DNA of 64,000 bases from an uncultured Bacilli bacterium (GCA_944358855.1 CALVSC010000001.1:2385-66384), one strand, 5' to 3'. Positions 9,759 to 19,773 are shown, numbered from the stretch's first letter. The notes: generated by a model from the sequence alone, not told the origin. A program made the numbers and translations.

Positions 9759-10787
9759 TTACTTTTCAATGATTGCGCCACCTAAACAGATTTTATCTTT
9801 ATTATAAAATACAATATATTGTCCAGGTGTTATGGCTCTAATATTATTTTTAAAAATTACTTCTATTTTATTATCTTTTTCTATTATTTCTTCTACTTCT
9901 TCTAAGGCACCACGTGATCTTATTTTTGCAAATATTGGTTTTGTTATTTCTTCTTTTTCTACTAGATAATTCATGTTGTTTGCTATTAATTTGTGGTGAT
10001 ATAAAGAATTGTTAGGACCTACAATTAAATTGTTTTCTTTTGTGTCTATATCGATTACATAAAGAGGTTCTTTATATGAGATATTTAGGCCTTTTCTTTG
10101 ACCTATTGTATACTGGTATAAGCCGTTGTGTTTACCTAATATAGTGTTGTCTTCTAATATGATATTACCAGGTGTTCTTTTTATTTTATCTTCTAAAAAG
10201 GCTTTATAATTATCGTTTGGTATAAAACAGATTTCTTGACTATCTTTCTTTTTACTTATAGGTAGATGATTTTGTTCTGCAATTTTACGTATTTCGTCTT
10301 TTGATTGATATTTATTTAATGGAAATAATATATGAGGTATTATCTCTTTATTTATTTGACATAAGAAATAAGTTTGATCTTTTTCTAATACATCACTCAT
10401 GATTAAGTGATTGTCTTTTATTTTAGCATAATGACCAGTTGCGATATAGTTTGCGTTTAATTCTTTGGCTTTGTCATAAAATAATTTAAATTTAAAGTTT
10501 TTATTACATAGTACACAAGGGTTTGGTGTTTTTCCTTCTTGATATGATTTTATAAAATTATCGATAACTTCTTTTTTAAATTCTTTTCTTAAGTCCCAGG
10601 TGTAGTGTTTAATATTTAGTATTTTGGCTATGTTTTTGGCATCGTTTATGGCTTTTTTAGTTTCTTCATTATCTAATAGTTGCATAGTAGCTCCTATTAC
10701 ATCGTATCCTGCTTCTTTTAATAATAATGCAGCAACTGATGAGTCTACTCCTCCACTCATGCCAATAATTACTTTTTTTTCTTCCAT
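9759..10787 (-). CDS. mnmA: tRNA-specific 2-thiouridylase
   Basis: PP-loop SGGVDSS, a CxxC pair, and overall MnmA architecture. The start was moved to the ATG (MEEKKV) that follows a GGTGA RBS. Confidence 0.85.
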   Translation of the reverse strand: MEEKKVIIGMSGGVDSSVAALLLKEAGYDVIGATMQLLDNEETKKAINDAKNIAKILNIKHYTWDLRKEFKKEVIDNFIKSYQEGKTPNPCVLCNKNFKFKLFYDKAKELNANYIATGHYAKIKDNHLIMSDVLEKDQTYFLCQINKEIIPHILFPLNKYQSKDEIRKIAEQNHLPISKKKDSQEICFIPNDNYKAFLEDKIKRTPGNIILEDNTILGKHNGLYQYTIGQRKGLNISYKEPLYVIDIDTKENNLIVGPNNSLYHHKLIANNMNYLVEKEEITKPIFAKIRSRGALEEVEEIIEKDNKIEVIFKNNIRAITPGQYIVFYNKDKICLGGAIIEK

Positions 10788-10826
10788 AGTTATCACCAAG
10801 GATATTATATCTTAAAATGGTGTTGT

Positions 10827-11399
10827 TTAAAAGAGTAAAGTAGGTATTAAATATGTTTCTATTATAATAATTATTATTTGGTATATTATGATAAATAGTA
10901 ATAGTTTTAGGTATTCTTTTATATAATTATGCATTATGACATTTTTCTTTTTTATTATTGTTTTATATATAATATTTGATAGTTTTATTGCATAGTAACT
11001 TAGTATTATGGTTCCTAGTATATTTAATAGGTTTGGTAAGCTATATATTAGGCTTATTATCACTCCTTTTATTCCTTTTGTTATCATTATACTTGTTATT
11101 GTAAAACCCGCTATATAGGCCTTTAAAATAAGTATTATGATAATGATTGGTATTCCTATTAGTGATAGTCCTAATAACCATATCGTTATAGCAAGTGGAA
11201 TGTTGTTTAAGGTTGATTGTATTAGTGTTTTCGTGTAATTAATATTTTTTATATTATTTAAATTATCTGTTATTGTCGTTTTAATTAATTCTTTATCTTG
11301 TTCATTTAAAATTGCTGGATATAATAGACCAATTATGATACTTATTATTGTTATGATAGATAGTATAAATAGTAATTTATTCTCTTTTATTTTTTTCAT
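10827..11399 (-). CDS. SpoIIM-like (DUF95) integral membrane protein
   Basis: 190 aa, several TM helices, N-terminal pattern resembling stage II sporulation protein M. Confidence 0.4.
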   Translation of the reverse strand: MKKIKENKLLFILSIITIISIIIGLLYPAILNEQDKELIKTTITDNLNNIKNINYTKTLIQSTLNNIPLAITIWLLGLSLIGIPIIIIILILKAYIAGFTITSIMITKGIKGVIISLIYSLPNLLNILGTIILSYYAIKLSNIIYKTIIKKKNVIMHNYIKEYLKLLLFIIIYQIIIIIIETYLIPTLLF

Positions 11400-11503
11400 A
11401 GGCTCTCCTTTTTATCATTATATTTTCTTTCTTATTTCCTATGAAAAAAACTGTTTTACTTTTTTAGACATTTATTTTATAATTAATAATGAGGTGTTTA
11501 TTA

Positions 11504-11590
11504 ATGAATGAGAAAGTTGTTAAAATCGTAGCCATTGTTTTAGTTGTTGTAATGGTTGTCAGTGTTTTAAGTGTTTTATTATATTTATAA
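11504..11590 (+). CDS. 28-aa hydrophobic single-TM peptide (absent from the ORF track)
   Basis: MNEKVVKIVAIVLVVVMVVSVLSVLLYL. A GAGGTG RBS lies 7 nt upstream and an intrinsic terminator follows immediately. Confidence 0.4.
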   Translation: MNEKVVKIVAIVLVVVMVVSVLSVLLYL

Positions 11591-11620
11591 AAAAACTTCC
11601 GTTTCGGAAGTCTTTTTTTA
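11589..11620. terminator. bidirectional intrinsic terminator
   Basis: A6-cttccg-tttc-cggaag-T7. Confidence 0.6.
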
Positions 11621-11920
11621 TCTATCAATATATCCTTCTAGTTCTGGCATTATGTCTTGAACAATGCCATCTTTTATATAGTATTTATTTACGATATCAT
11701 TTATTCTTTTGGTATCTTTTGCTAGATATAACATCAATATTCCAGCAATTCTATTTGCAGTATATTGATCTAGTAATTTTCTATCTTCTGGTTTTATATG
11801 GTATTTTCTGGTGATATCTACTATAGGACCGTATCCATAATAATAGTTTGTCAATGCTTTCGCAATGGCTTCTACATCTTTATTTTTATCTGTTAGTTTT
11901 ACTTTTGTCCATATTTTCAT
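11618..11920 (-). CDS. hypothetical 100-aa protein
   Basis: Clean ORF immediately downstream of spoIVB, with no recognised motif. Confidence 0.45.
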   Translation of the reverse strand: MKIWTKVKLTDKNKDVEAIAKALTNYYYGYGPIVDITRKYHIKPEDRKLLDQYTANRIAGILMLYLAKDTKRINDIVNKYYIKDGIVQDIMPELEGYIDR

Positions 11921-11980
11921 ATCCTCATCCCCTATCGGTTATATATTTTAACATATTTTTTTATATAAATAAAGGAGAAA

Positions 11981-12973
11981 TTAACTTTCTCCTTGTTCTA
12001 ACATAGTAGTTATAAAGATTCCATATCCTTTTTTTGTATCATTTAATATTACATAGTTAACGGCTCCTATTAATTTATTATTCTGGATAATAGGAGAGCC
12101 ACTCATTCCTTGTATTACTCCTCCTGATGCTTCTAGTAATGTTTTATCTGTTATTTCAAATAAGATGTTTTTACTTTTACTATCATAATCTATATTTAGA
12201 ATATTTATTTCATAGTCTTTTACCACATCTTTTTCGATGTTTGTTCTAATATAGGCTCTTCCCTTTTTTATTTCCTCTTCTTTTCCTACTTCTATTTCTT
12301 CCATGTTGTTTGTTTCTTCTTTATAATCACCAAATATTCCAGCTATTTCGTTTGTATCAATTTCTCCTTCAACTGTTTCTTTATTATAGGTTGCATTTTT
12401 TTCTCCAGCGGTACCATCTCTACTCTTTTCTATTTTTGAAACGTTTGCATTAAATATTTTACCATCTTTTATTTCAAATTTTTTAGCTGTTGTTGTTTCG
12501 ATGATTTCGTGTCCTAGTGCTCCAAATCTTTTGGTGTTAGGATCAATATAGGTTAATGTTCCAATACCATTTATTTGGTCTTTTACATAAAGTCCAGTTT
12601 TAACAACACCTTCATCGTTGGGGACTAAGTTGGTTGTTATTTCTAGTTCTTTATTTTCTCTTTCAACTTTAAATTTAATAGGATTATTTTTATTTTTTAA
12701 AGCGTTTACCATTTCTTCTATTGTATTTATTTTGGTATCATTAATATTTGTTATGACGTCTCCTATTTCAAATCCTGCTTCTTGTCCTATGTTTTTACCA
12801 CCAACTTCGTAAAAGCCAACAATTAAAACACCATTACTGTTTACTTCTATTCCAATTGTTTTACCAGATGCGATTAAATAATCAGAATAAGCAAGTGTGG
12901 GAATGGGAATGATAGTAACAAGTAGAATTAGTAGTAGTATTAGTCTTTTTTTAAATTTTTTCAAATTTATCAC
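11981..12973 (-). CDS. spoIVB: stage IV sporulation protein B, S55 signal peptidase
   Basis: N-terminal TM helix, PDZ region, GTLTY...GALGH and C-terminal QGMSGSPI serine-protease motifs. Confidence 0.8.
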   Translation of the reverse strand: MINLKKFKKRLILLLILLVTIIPIPTLAYSDYLIASGKTIGIEVNSNGVLIVGFYEVGGKNIGQEAGFEIGDVITNINDTKINTIEEMVNALKNKNNPIKFKVERENKELEITTNLVPNDEGVVKTGLYVKDQINGIGTLTYIDPNTKRFGALGHEIIETTTAKKFEIKDGKIFNANVSKIEKSRDGTAGEKNATYNKETVEGEIDTNEIAGIFGDYKEETNNMEEIEVGKEEEIKKGRAYIRTNIEKDVVKDYEINILNIDYDSKSKNILFEITDKTLLEASGGVIQGMSGSPIIQNNKLIGAVNYVILNDTKKGYGIFITTMLEQGES

Positions 12974-13114
12974 CTCTTTTCTTCTACTACATTTATAGTT
13001 TTTGTTATTGATAATTTTTTATGTTAAATAGTTTTTACCATTTACACTAAATATTTACATTTTTTTTGATTTTTTTAAGGTGTTTTGTTATAGTTATACT
13101 AGAGGTGATAATAG

Positions 13115-13969
13115 ATGGCAGATAAAAAAGATGATGATTATTATTATGGGATTCCTGATTTTATGAATAGGACTTCTACTGCTAGACGTGAAATTCGTCC
13201 TACTCCTTTGGCCCAAGCTCGTACACATTCTAGTAGTGGTTCTAGAAGTAGACCACATTTAGATGAAATGGAAGAAGATTTTAGACGAAGTAGAGATCAC
13301 TCTGTTGGAGGAGAAGCTATTCGTGCTAGAAGAAGTACTCGAAAAGTTTCTAAATCTTGGATTCAAAAACTTAAAGAAAAAGCAACTAGTAGAGTTACGA
13401 TAGCAGTTGTTTCTGGTGCTTTAGGTATTGTGATTGGTGCTAGTGTTATGGGAATTGGTCAAGACTATGCTATTAATTCGCAGATTGATAATCTTCCTAT
13501 TGTTCAAGAAATGAGTCAAATTGTTGGTGAAAATGTTCATAGAACAAATAATGGTGAAGGTTATTTTTATGATAATTATGAGATTGCGAAAGAGGCTCGT
13601 GAAAAAATTGAAAATGGTGCAAGTCCTACTGTTGTTTTAGGAAGTATTGCTGAAAGAATGAATGAGGGTTATGCCCAAGACGATTTAGATAGCGTTGTTA
13701 ATAGTATATTTGATGTTCGAGTTGGTGCAGATGAATTTGTAAGACAAATTAATCCAGAGAGATATCAAGATGGTATACATGGAGAGAATTTTATGAATGA
13801 TTATCATGATGCGTTAAAAGCAATGGCTCACGGTGAGAAAGTAGAAGCGAATGATCAACAAATGCGTAATGTTTATGATACTAATCATAATCAAGAACTT
13901 GATGAGATGATTTCTGAATATGATAATGTTTATACTACAAGTCAAGAGAAAGGAATGGGTGGTAAATAA
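13115..13969 (+). CDS. hypothetical single-pass membrane protein with Arg/Ser-rich N-terminus
   Basis: 284 aa with a TM helix at ~aa 95-115 and no recognised motif. Local GC looks higher than the surroundings. Confidence 0.45.
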   Translation: MADKKDDDYYYGIPDFMNRTSTARREIRPTPLAQARTHSSSGSRSRPHLDEMEEDFRRSRDHSVGGEAIRARRSTRKVSKSWIQKLKEKATSRVTIAVVSGALGIVIGASVMGIGQDYAINSQIDNLPIVQEMSQIVGENVHRTNNGEGYFYDNYEIAKEAREKIENGASPTVVLGSIAERMNEGYAQDDLDSVVNSIFDVRVGADEFVRQINPERYQDGIHGENFMNDYHDALKAMAHGEKVEANDQQMRNVYDTNHNQELDEMISEYDNVYTTSQEKGMGGK

Positions 13970-14202
13970 TGGATACTGATACAATTGAAGTACAAGTTTA
14001 TTCCTTTGATGGTAAAGATTATTTCTTAATTGAAAAGATTAAAGATTATCTTTATTTAGTTAACGAAAAAGATTCTCATGATATGATGATTCGTAAAGAA
14101 GATGTGAATGATCCTGATGTATTATTACCACTTGATGATGACGATGAGTTTGAACAAGCGTTACTATTATTAACAAGAAAGAAAATAGAAGCTGAGGAAT
14201 AA
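13969..14202 (+). CDS. DUF1292-family small acidic protein
   Basis: 77 aa. The YFLIEK...YLVNEKD...LLPLDDDDEFEQAL pattern is typical of DUF1292 (YrzB-like). Confidence 0.6.
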   Translation: MDTDTIEVQVYSFDGKDYFLIEKIKDYLYLVNEKDSHDMMIRKEDVNDPDVLLPLDDDDEFEQALLLLTRKKIEAEE

Positions 14203-14234
14203 AAAAAGATATCGAATTTGATATCTTTTTTTTA
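14201..14234. terminator. bidirectional intrinsic terminator
   Basis: A7-gatatcgaatttgatatc-T9, shared by the convergent DUF1292 gene and xseB. Confidence 0.6.
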
Positions 14235-14462
14235 TTCTTCTACTTTAAAGTCTTCTAGTGTACCATCTTCTGCCACAATTTTTGTAATTGCCTCTTCGGC
14301 ATTTTTAAGTTTTTCATCACAAGATTTGGCAAGCTTCATTGCTTCATTAAATTCTTTAATAGCATCGTCTAGAGGTACTTCGCCACTTTCTAGTTTTTTT
14401 ACGATTTCTTCTAGTCGTTCAAGACTTTCTTCAAATGTTAGTTCTTCTTTTTCTTTTGCCAT
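14232..14462 (-). CDS. xseB: exodeoxyribonuclease VII small subunit
   Basis: 76 aa with the XseB pattern (FEESLERLEEIVKKLESGEVPLDDAIKEFNEAMKL). Confidence 0.85.
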   Translation of the reverse strand: MAKEKEELTFEESLERLEEIVKKLESGEVPLDDAIKEFNEAMKLAKSCDEKLKNAEEAITKIVAEDGTLEDFKVEE

Positions 14463-14474
14463 AGTTTTTCCTCC

Positions 14475-15734
14475 TTATATTTTTGTTACTTCTGCATTGA
14501 TTGTTCCATCTGTTAGAGTTATTTCTAGTTCATCATGTATTTTTATATCTTTTGTACTAGTAACTACTTTTCCTTCTTTTTTGGTCATAGAATATCCTCT
14601 TTTTATTGTTAGTAAGGGACTTAGTGTTTCTAGTTTAGAAATAACTTGTAAATACTTGTTTTTCTTAGGTTCTAGTATTTTTAATGGGTTTTCTATAATG
14701 AATGATTTCATAGTTGTTTGAAAAGCTTTTTCTTTATTTGAAATCATGAGTTTACTTGATGATTTTAGTCTTTCTAAAATACTATCAAATTGTAGTTCTT
14801 TTGCCTGGTAGATTGTTATAGGATTTTGAAAGATATATCTACTTTTTATTTCTTCTAGTTTTTGTTTATTTATATTGATTCGATGTTGTATTGTTTTATT
14901 TAATCTTATTTTTAATTGATTTAAATAGTTTTCTACATCTACTTTTTGAGGAACTGCTAGTTCTGCTGCTCCTGTTGGGGTTGGAGCTCTTAGGTCCGCA
15001 ACAAAGTCTGAGATAGTATAGTCTATTTCATGCCCTACAGCACTTATTACGGGTATTTCGCAATCATAAATACTGCGCGCTACTATTTCTTCGTTAAATG
15101 GCCATAAGTCTTCAATAGATCCACCACCCCGTCCTACGATTAAAGTATCAAGGTTAAAGTCTTTCGTTCTTTCTATTTGCTTTACTATATCTTCTTTGGC
15201 ATTTTCTCCTTGAACAAGAGATGGAAATAAAATGATTTCAGCTAGTGGCCAACGTCTTTTTATGGTTGAAATGATGTCTTTAATTGCCGCTCCTGTTGGA
15301 GCAGTAATTACCCCTACTCTAGTTGGTATTTTAGGTATTTCTTTTTTATGTTCTTTTCTAAATAGTCCTTCTGCCTCTAATTTCTTTTTTAGTTGTTCAA
15401 AAGCAACATAAAGATTCCCTACTCCATCTTCTAACATATCATTTACATAAATCTGATATCCTCCATTTGCTTCAAAGACACTTATTTTTCCAGTTACTAA
15501 GACTTTCATACCGTCTTCTGGCATAAATTTAATTTTTTTGGTGTTTGATGCAAACATAATAGCATTGATTCTGGAGTTTTCATCTTTTAATGTAAAATAG
15601 AAATGTCCTCTACTATGTGCTTTAAAATTAGAAATTTCTCCTTTTAAAAACACTTCATTTAGATTTATATCATTATCTATTTTATATTTAATATATCTGG
15701 TTAGTTGGGTGACTGTGATATATTTATCGTTCAT
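14475..15734 (-). CDS. xseA: exodeoxyribonuclease VII large subunit
   Basis: N-terminal OB fold followed by the catalytic domain. 419 aa, co-linear with xseB. Confidence 0.85.
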   Translation of the reverse strand: MNDKYITVTQLTRYIKYKIDNDINLNEVFLKGEISNFKAHSRGHFYFTLKDENSRINAIMFASNTKKIKFMPEDGMKVLVTGKISVFEANGGYQIYVNDMLEDGVGNLYVAFEQLKKKLEAEGLFRKEHKKEIPKIPTRVGVITAPTGAAIKDIISTIKRRWPLAEIILFPSLVQGENAKEDIVKQIERTKDFNLDTLIVGRGGGSIEDLWPFNEEIVARSIYDCEIPVISAVGHEIDYTISDFVADLRAPTPTGAAELAVPQKVDVENYLNQLKIRLNKTIQHRININKQKLEEIKSRYIFQNPITIYQAKELQFDSILERLKSSSKLMISNKEKAFQTTMKSFIIENPLKILEPKKNKYLQVISKLETLSPLLTIKRGYSMTKKEGKVVTSTKDIKIHDELEITLTDGTINAEVTKI

Positions 15735-15748
15735 TTACTCCCCTCTTT

Positions 15749-16150
15749 CTATTTTTCTTCTTCGTGATAAATTTTATCTAATACACCATTTATCATCTTT
15801 GTTACTGCTTCTTCTGAATATTTTTTTGATAGTTCAATTGCTTCGTTTATCGCAACAACACTTGGTGTATCTGTATATACTAGTTCATATATACTAAGAG
15901 ATAAAATTGCTTTATCTACTTTGTTTAGACGATCTATTGTCCAGTTATTCATATATTTGTTAGCTAGTTTATTAATTTCTTTTTGATTTTTGATAATTCC
16001 TTCTACACTAGTTTTTACAAATTCATTTTCTACTTCTAATTGTTCTTTTATTAAATCGTCTGTATTATATTTGTTTTTAGTATTATCTAAAATATAAGTT
16101 TGGTAGATTACTTTCATTATTATTTCTCTTAGTTCGCTTCTATTTTTCAT
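15749..16150 (-). CDS. nusB: transcription antitermination factor NusB
   Basis: 133 aa, NusB fold pattern, in conserved nusB-xseA-xseB order. Confidence 0.85.
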   Translation of the reverse strand: MKNRSELREIIMKVIYQTYILDNTKNKYNTDDLIKEQLEVENEFVKTSVEGIIKNQKEINKLANKYMNNWTIDRLNKVDKAILSLSIYELVYTDTPSVVAINEAIELSKKYSEEAVTKMINGVLDKIYHEEEK

Positions 16151-16153
16151 ATT

Positions 16154-18706
16154 TTATTCCTTTCTATTAACTTCTTTTTTTAGTTCATATAGATAGTTTA
16201 GTGCTTCCATAGGAGTCATTTCTAGTGGATTTATTTGTTTTATTTTTTCTTCTATTTCATTTTTCTTTGGTTCTACTTCACTTTCTGTTAATTCAAATAA
16301 AGAAGTTTGAGTAAATGTTTCTTTTTTGACGTTTTTCTTTTCATAGACATTTAGTATTTCATCTGCTCTTTTAATTAGAGATTCTGGTAGATGAGCAAGA
16401 CTTGCGACATGAATACCATAACTTTTGTCGACAGCACCGTTTTTTACTTTGTGTAGAAAGGTTATTTTTCCTTCTTTTTCGATAGCTGATACATGGACGT
16501 TTTTTAAATGCTTTAAATCTTTCTCTAGGGCTGTTAGTTCATGGTAATGGGTTGAAAACATTGTTTTTGCTTTTATTTTATCGTGAATATATTCTAGTAT
16601 GGCTTGGGCTAGACTCATTCCATCATATGTTGCGGTTCCTCTTCCTAGTTCGTCAAATAGGATTAGGCTGTGTTCGGTTGCTTCGCTGATGGCGTTATTA
16701 GCTTCTTTCATTTCTACCATAAAAGTAGATTCTCCAGATACTAGGTCATCACTTGCTCCTATTCTTGTAAAGATTTTATCAAATATTGGCATGGTACAAC
16801 TTTTACATGGAACAAAGCATCCCATTTGCGCCATAATTACAGTAATAGCACATTGCCTCATATAAGTGGATTTACCAGCCATATTAGGACCAGTTATTAA
16901 TAAAATATCGGTTGTTCTATCCATGATGATGTCATTTGGTATATATTTATCTTTCATTACTTGTTCGACAACAGGGTGACGACAATCTATCATTTTTACA
17001 GTCTTTTCTTCTGTTAGAGTTGGTCTTACATATTTATATTGATCACTTACAATAGAAAATGATTGCAACATATCTACTTCACTGATTACTTTGGCAATTT
17101 TTTGTAGTTTTCCAGTATATCTTTTTACTACCTCACGAATGTCCATAAATATTTTGTATTCTAAGTTGATTATTTTTTCTTCGGCTCCTAGAATGATATT
17201 TTCTTTTTCTTTAAGTATTGGTGTTGTAAATCGCTCACAGTTCGCAAGTGTTTGTTTTCTATCGTATCCATATTCGTCTTTAATTAAATGCGTTTGCCCT
17301 TTCGATACTTCAATGTAATAACCAAATACTTTGTTGAATCCTACTTTTAAGTTTTTGATTCCTGTTCTTTCTTTTTCTTGTTGCTCCAACTCTAGAATAA
17401 AGTCTTTTGATCCACTACTAATTTTCTTTAATTCATCTAATTCTTCGTTGTAACCAGGTTTTATTAAATGTCCTTCATGTAAAGTAAAAGGAGCATCTTC
17501 TAAAATAGTTTTATCTAGTAGTTGGTATAGTTCTTCTAATGTTTCTATTTTTTTATCAAATCCAATTTGTTCTAGAATGTTTTTAATATTTGGTAGGGCT
17601 TGAAGGGATGTCTTTAGCTGCAATAGGTCTTTGGCATTTAAATTACCATAACTAATTCTTCCTGCTAAACGTTCTAGGTCATATACTTTTCCTAGTTCGT
17701 TTATTAAATCGTCTCTTAGAATAAATTCTGTTGAAAGTTTTTCTACCATGTCATAACGTCTTTCGATTGCTTTTTTGTCTGTTAAAGGGTTCTCAATATT
17801 ATATTTTAAATATCTAGAGCCCATGGCTGTTTTATTTTTATCTAATAACCATAATAGACTGTATTGGCGTTCTCTATTTCTAAGGGTTTCTGTTAATTCT
17901 AGATTTCGTTTGGTATTATTATCGAATTCTAGATATTCGCTGTTTCTAATAATTTGACATTTTTGTAAGTGATGTAGGTCTCCTTTTTTAGTATCTAATA
18001 TATAGAATAATAAGTGTTTTATCGTTGTTGTTATTCTAACATCTTCTATGTTTTTATAGATATATTCGTAGTTTTTATCATTGCATTCATCTTTGATAAT
18101 CGTTACTAAGACATTGTAATTGGTTCTTAGGTCTTGAATAATTTCTCTATCGATTTCATCGTTTACAATCACTTCTTTAAATCCATGTTTTGCGACTTGT
18201 TTTTCTACTTTGTCTTTTTCTCCTTCAATTAACATGGCGTATACTTCACCAGTTGAGATGTCTGCAAAACTAATTCCATAACAATAATCAAAACTATAAA
18301 TATTGGCTATATAGTTATTGCTTTTAGAATCCATATTTTCATCGATTCTAGTTCCTTTTGTAACAACTTGAATGACATCTCTTTTTACCATGCCTTTTGT
18401 TAGTTTTGGATCTTCTAGTTGTTCACATATTGCTACTTTATATCCTTTTTCTATTAGGGTGTCTACATAGGATGCATAGGCATGATGTGGGATACCACAC
18501 ATTGGTACTCTTTCTTCGAGACCCGCTTGTTTTCCTGTTAGCGTTAATTCTAAGACACGAGAGGCAATGATAGCATCTTCAAAGAACATTTCGTAAAAGT
18601 CACCAAGGCGAAAAAAGATAATACAATCTTCGTATTTATCTTTTATTTCCATATATTGTTGCATCATTGGACTTAATTTGTTTCTATCTACTTCACTACG
18701 TCTCAT
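16154..18706 (-). CDS. mutS: DNA mismatch repair protein MutS
   Basis: N-terminal mismatch-binding FFRLGDFYEMFFEDA, Walker A GPNMAGKST, and C-terminal dimerisation domain. The start was set at the ATG (MRRSEV) after a GGTGA RBS. Confidence 0.9.
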   Translation of the reverse strand: MRRSEVDRNKLSPMMQQYMEIKDKYEDCIIFFRLGDFYEMFFEDAIIASRVLELTLTGKQAGLEERVPMCGIPHHAYASYVDTLIEKGYKVAICEQLEDPKLTKGMVKRDVIQVVTKGTRIDENMDSKSNNYIANIYSFDYCYGISFADISTGEVYAMLIEGEKDKVEKQVAKHGFKEVIVNDEIDREIIQDLRTNYNVLVTIIKDECNDKNYEYIYKNIEDVRITTTIKHLLFYILDTKKGDLHHLQKCQIIRNSEYLEFDNNTKRNLELTETLRNRERQYSLLWLLDKNKTAMGSRYLKYNIENPLTDKKAIERRYDMVEKLSTEFILRDDLINELGKVYDLERLAGRISYGNLNAKDLLQLKTSLQALPNIKNILEQIGFDKKIETLEELYQLLDKTILEDAPFTLHEGHLIKPGYNEELDELKKISSGSKDFILELEQQEKERTGIKNLKVGFNKVFGYYIEVSKGQTHLIKDEYGYDRKQTLANCERFTTPILKEKENIILGAEEKIINLEYKIFMDIREVVKRYTGKLQKIAKVISEVDMLQSFSIVSDQYKYVRPTLTEEKTVKMIDCRHPVVEQVMKDKYIPNDIIMDRTTDILLITGPNMAGKSTYMRQCAITVIMAQMGCFVPCKSCTMPIFDKIFTRIGASDDLVSGESTFMVEMKEANNAISEATEHSLILFDELGRGTATYDGMSLAQAILEYIHDKIKAKTMFSTHYHELTALEKDLKHLKNVHVSAIEKEGKITFLHKVKNGAVDKSYGIHVASLAHLPESLIKRADEILNVYEKKNVKKETFTQTSLFELTESEVEPKKNEIEEKIKQINPLEMTPMEALNYLYELKKEVNRKE

Positions 18707-18768
18707 ATTTTTCACCACTAGTTCTATTATAGCAAAATCTCCCTTTATTTCCTAGTGAAAAGATGATT

Positions 18769-19773
18769 TTATGTATGTAAAACGGGTATTTTTACGTCTT
18801 TTTGAAATAGGGTTTTTGTTCTTTTATATAATAGATTGAAAAGTTTCATTTTTCGTTTCTTTTTCTGTAGTAATACTGGATTTATATTTGCAGGTATTTT
18901 TTCAATTTCTCCAAATGATATTGCTAGTTTTTCTATTGGAATAAAAGAATTGGTCTTTTGTTCAAAGGCGTTAAGTGATTCTTTTAATATTTCTTTATAG
19001 GAGTCTGTACTTTCATTTAGTTTTATAGATATGATGTCTTTTGGTATCAGGTTTTTAGCGTATTTAATATATAGATATATAGTTTTTGTTTTTAATCCTT
19101 CTTCTTTTAATCTTAGGATGTTAAAGTCTAATAGGTTTTTTAGGGATTTTTTACTTTCTTTTTTGGTTTTTATAGATTTTAATACTAAACAAGATGATAC
19201 TCTTTTTGGGGTTTTATCTTTATTTAATTCTTTTATTGTTGCTGGTTCTAAACCTAGGGCGTGATTAATTAGATTCTCTGCATTATATCCAAATTCTTCA
19301 TATAATAATTTATATGATGCGTTTTTGATATCTTCCATGGTATATATGTTTAGTTTGTGTAGTTTTAACATCATACTATTACTGATTTGATGAAAGTCTG
19401 TAAGTGGTTTATGTTTGGAGCAAAGGGAAATATATTCTAATTCGTCTAAATAAGCAATCTCTACTTTTTTTTCTTTGGTAATGATATCACAAGCGGTTTT
19501 TGCTAAAAATAAATTGGTGCCAAGTCCTATTTTTACTTCTAGGTGATATTTATTAGTAAGGGTGTTTTTTAAGTCTAGTGCTAATTGATAAGTTGATTTG
19601 TTGTATAGTTCTTGATAGTTTGTAATGTCAATAAAATACTCTTTGTTGTTGTAAATATAGATATCTTCATAAAAATAAATGTTTGTTAAGTAGTTATATA
19701 GTTCTTGTTTCTTTTTACTTTTTTTTGATATAAAATCCTTTTCTATTTTTAATACTAAATATTTCTTTTTCAT
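18769..19773 (-). CDS. Y-family (DinB/UmuC-like) DNA polymerase homologue lacking the N-terminal catalytic acidic residues
   Basis: Recognisable EYFIDIT (SIDE-box-like), GLGTNLFLAKTACD (GIGPNKLLAKLAS-like) and little-finger region. The N-terminus VLKIEKDF stands in place of the DMDAFFAS motif. A GGGAGG RBS precedes the MKKKYLV start. Confidence 0.5.
   Translation of the reverse strand: MKKKYLVLKIEKDFISKKSKKKQELYNYLTNIYFYEDIYIYNNKEYFIDITNYQELYNKSTYQLALDLKNTLTNKYHLEVKIGLGTNLFLAKTACDIITKEKKVEIAYLDELEYISLCSKHKPLTDFHQISNSMMLKLHKLNIYTMEDIKNASYKLLYEEFGYNAENLINHALGLEPATIKELNKDKTPKRVSSCLVLKSIKTKKESKKSLKNLLDFNILRLKEEGLKTKTIYLYIKYAKNLIPKDIISIKLNESTDSYKEILKESLNAFEQKTNSFIPIEKLAISFGEIEKIPANINPVLLQKKKRKMKLFNLLYKRTKTLFQKDVKIPVLHT

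Noticed and set aside
14218-14721. 167-aa Ser-rich + strand ORF
   Set aside because: It is antisense to xseB and xseA, both of which have clear homology. The Ser/Phe-rich low-complexity translation is an artefact of reading GA-rich coding sequence backwards.
16599-18000. Several 60-90-aa ORFs antisense to mutS (16599..16865, 17091..17318, 17775..17957)
   Set aside because: They are embedded in a high-confidence 850-aa MutS gene and have low-complexity translations.
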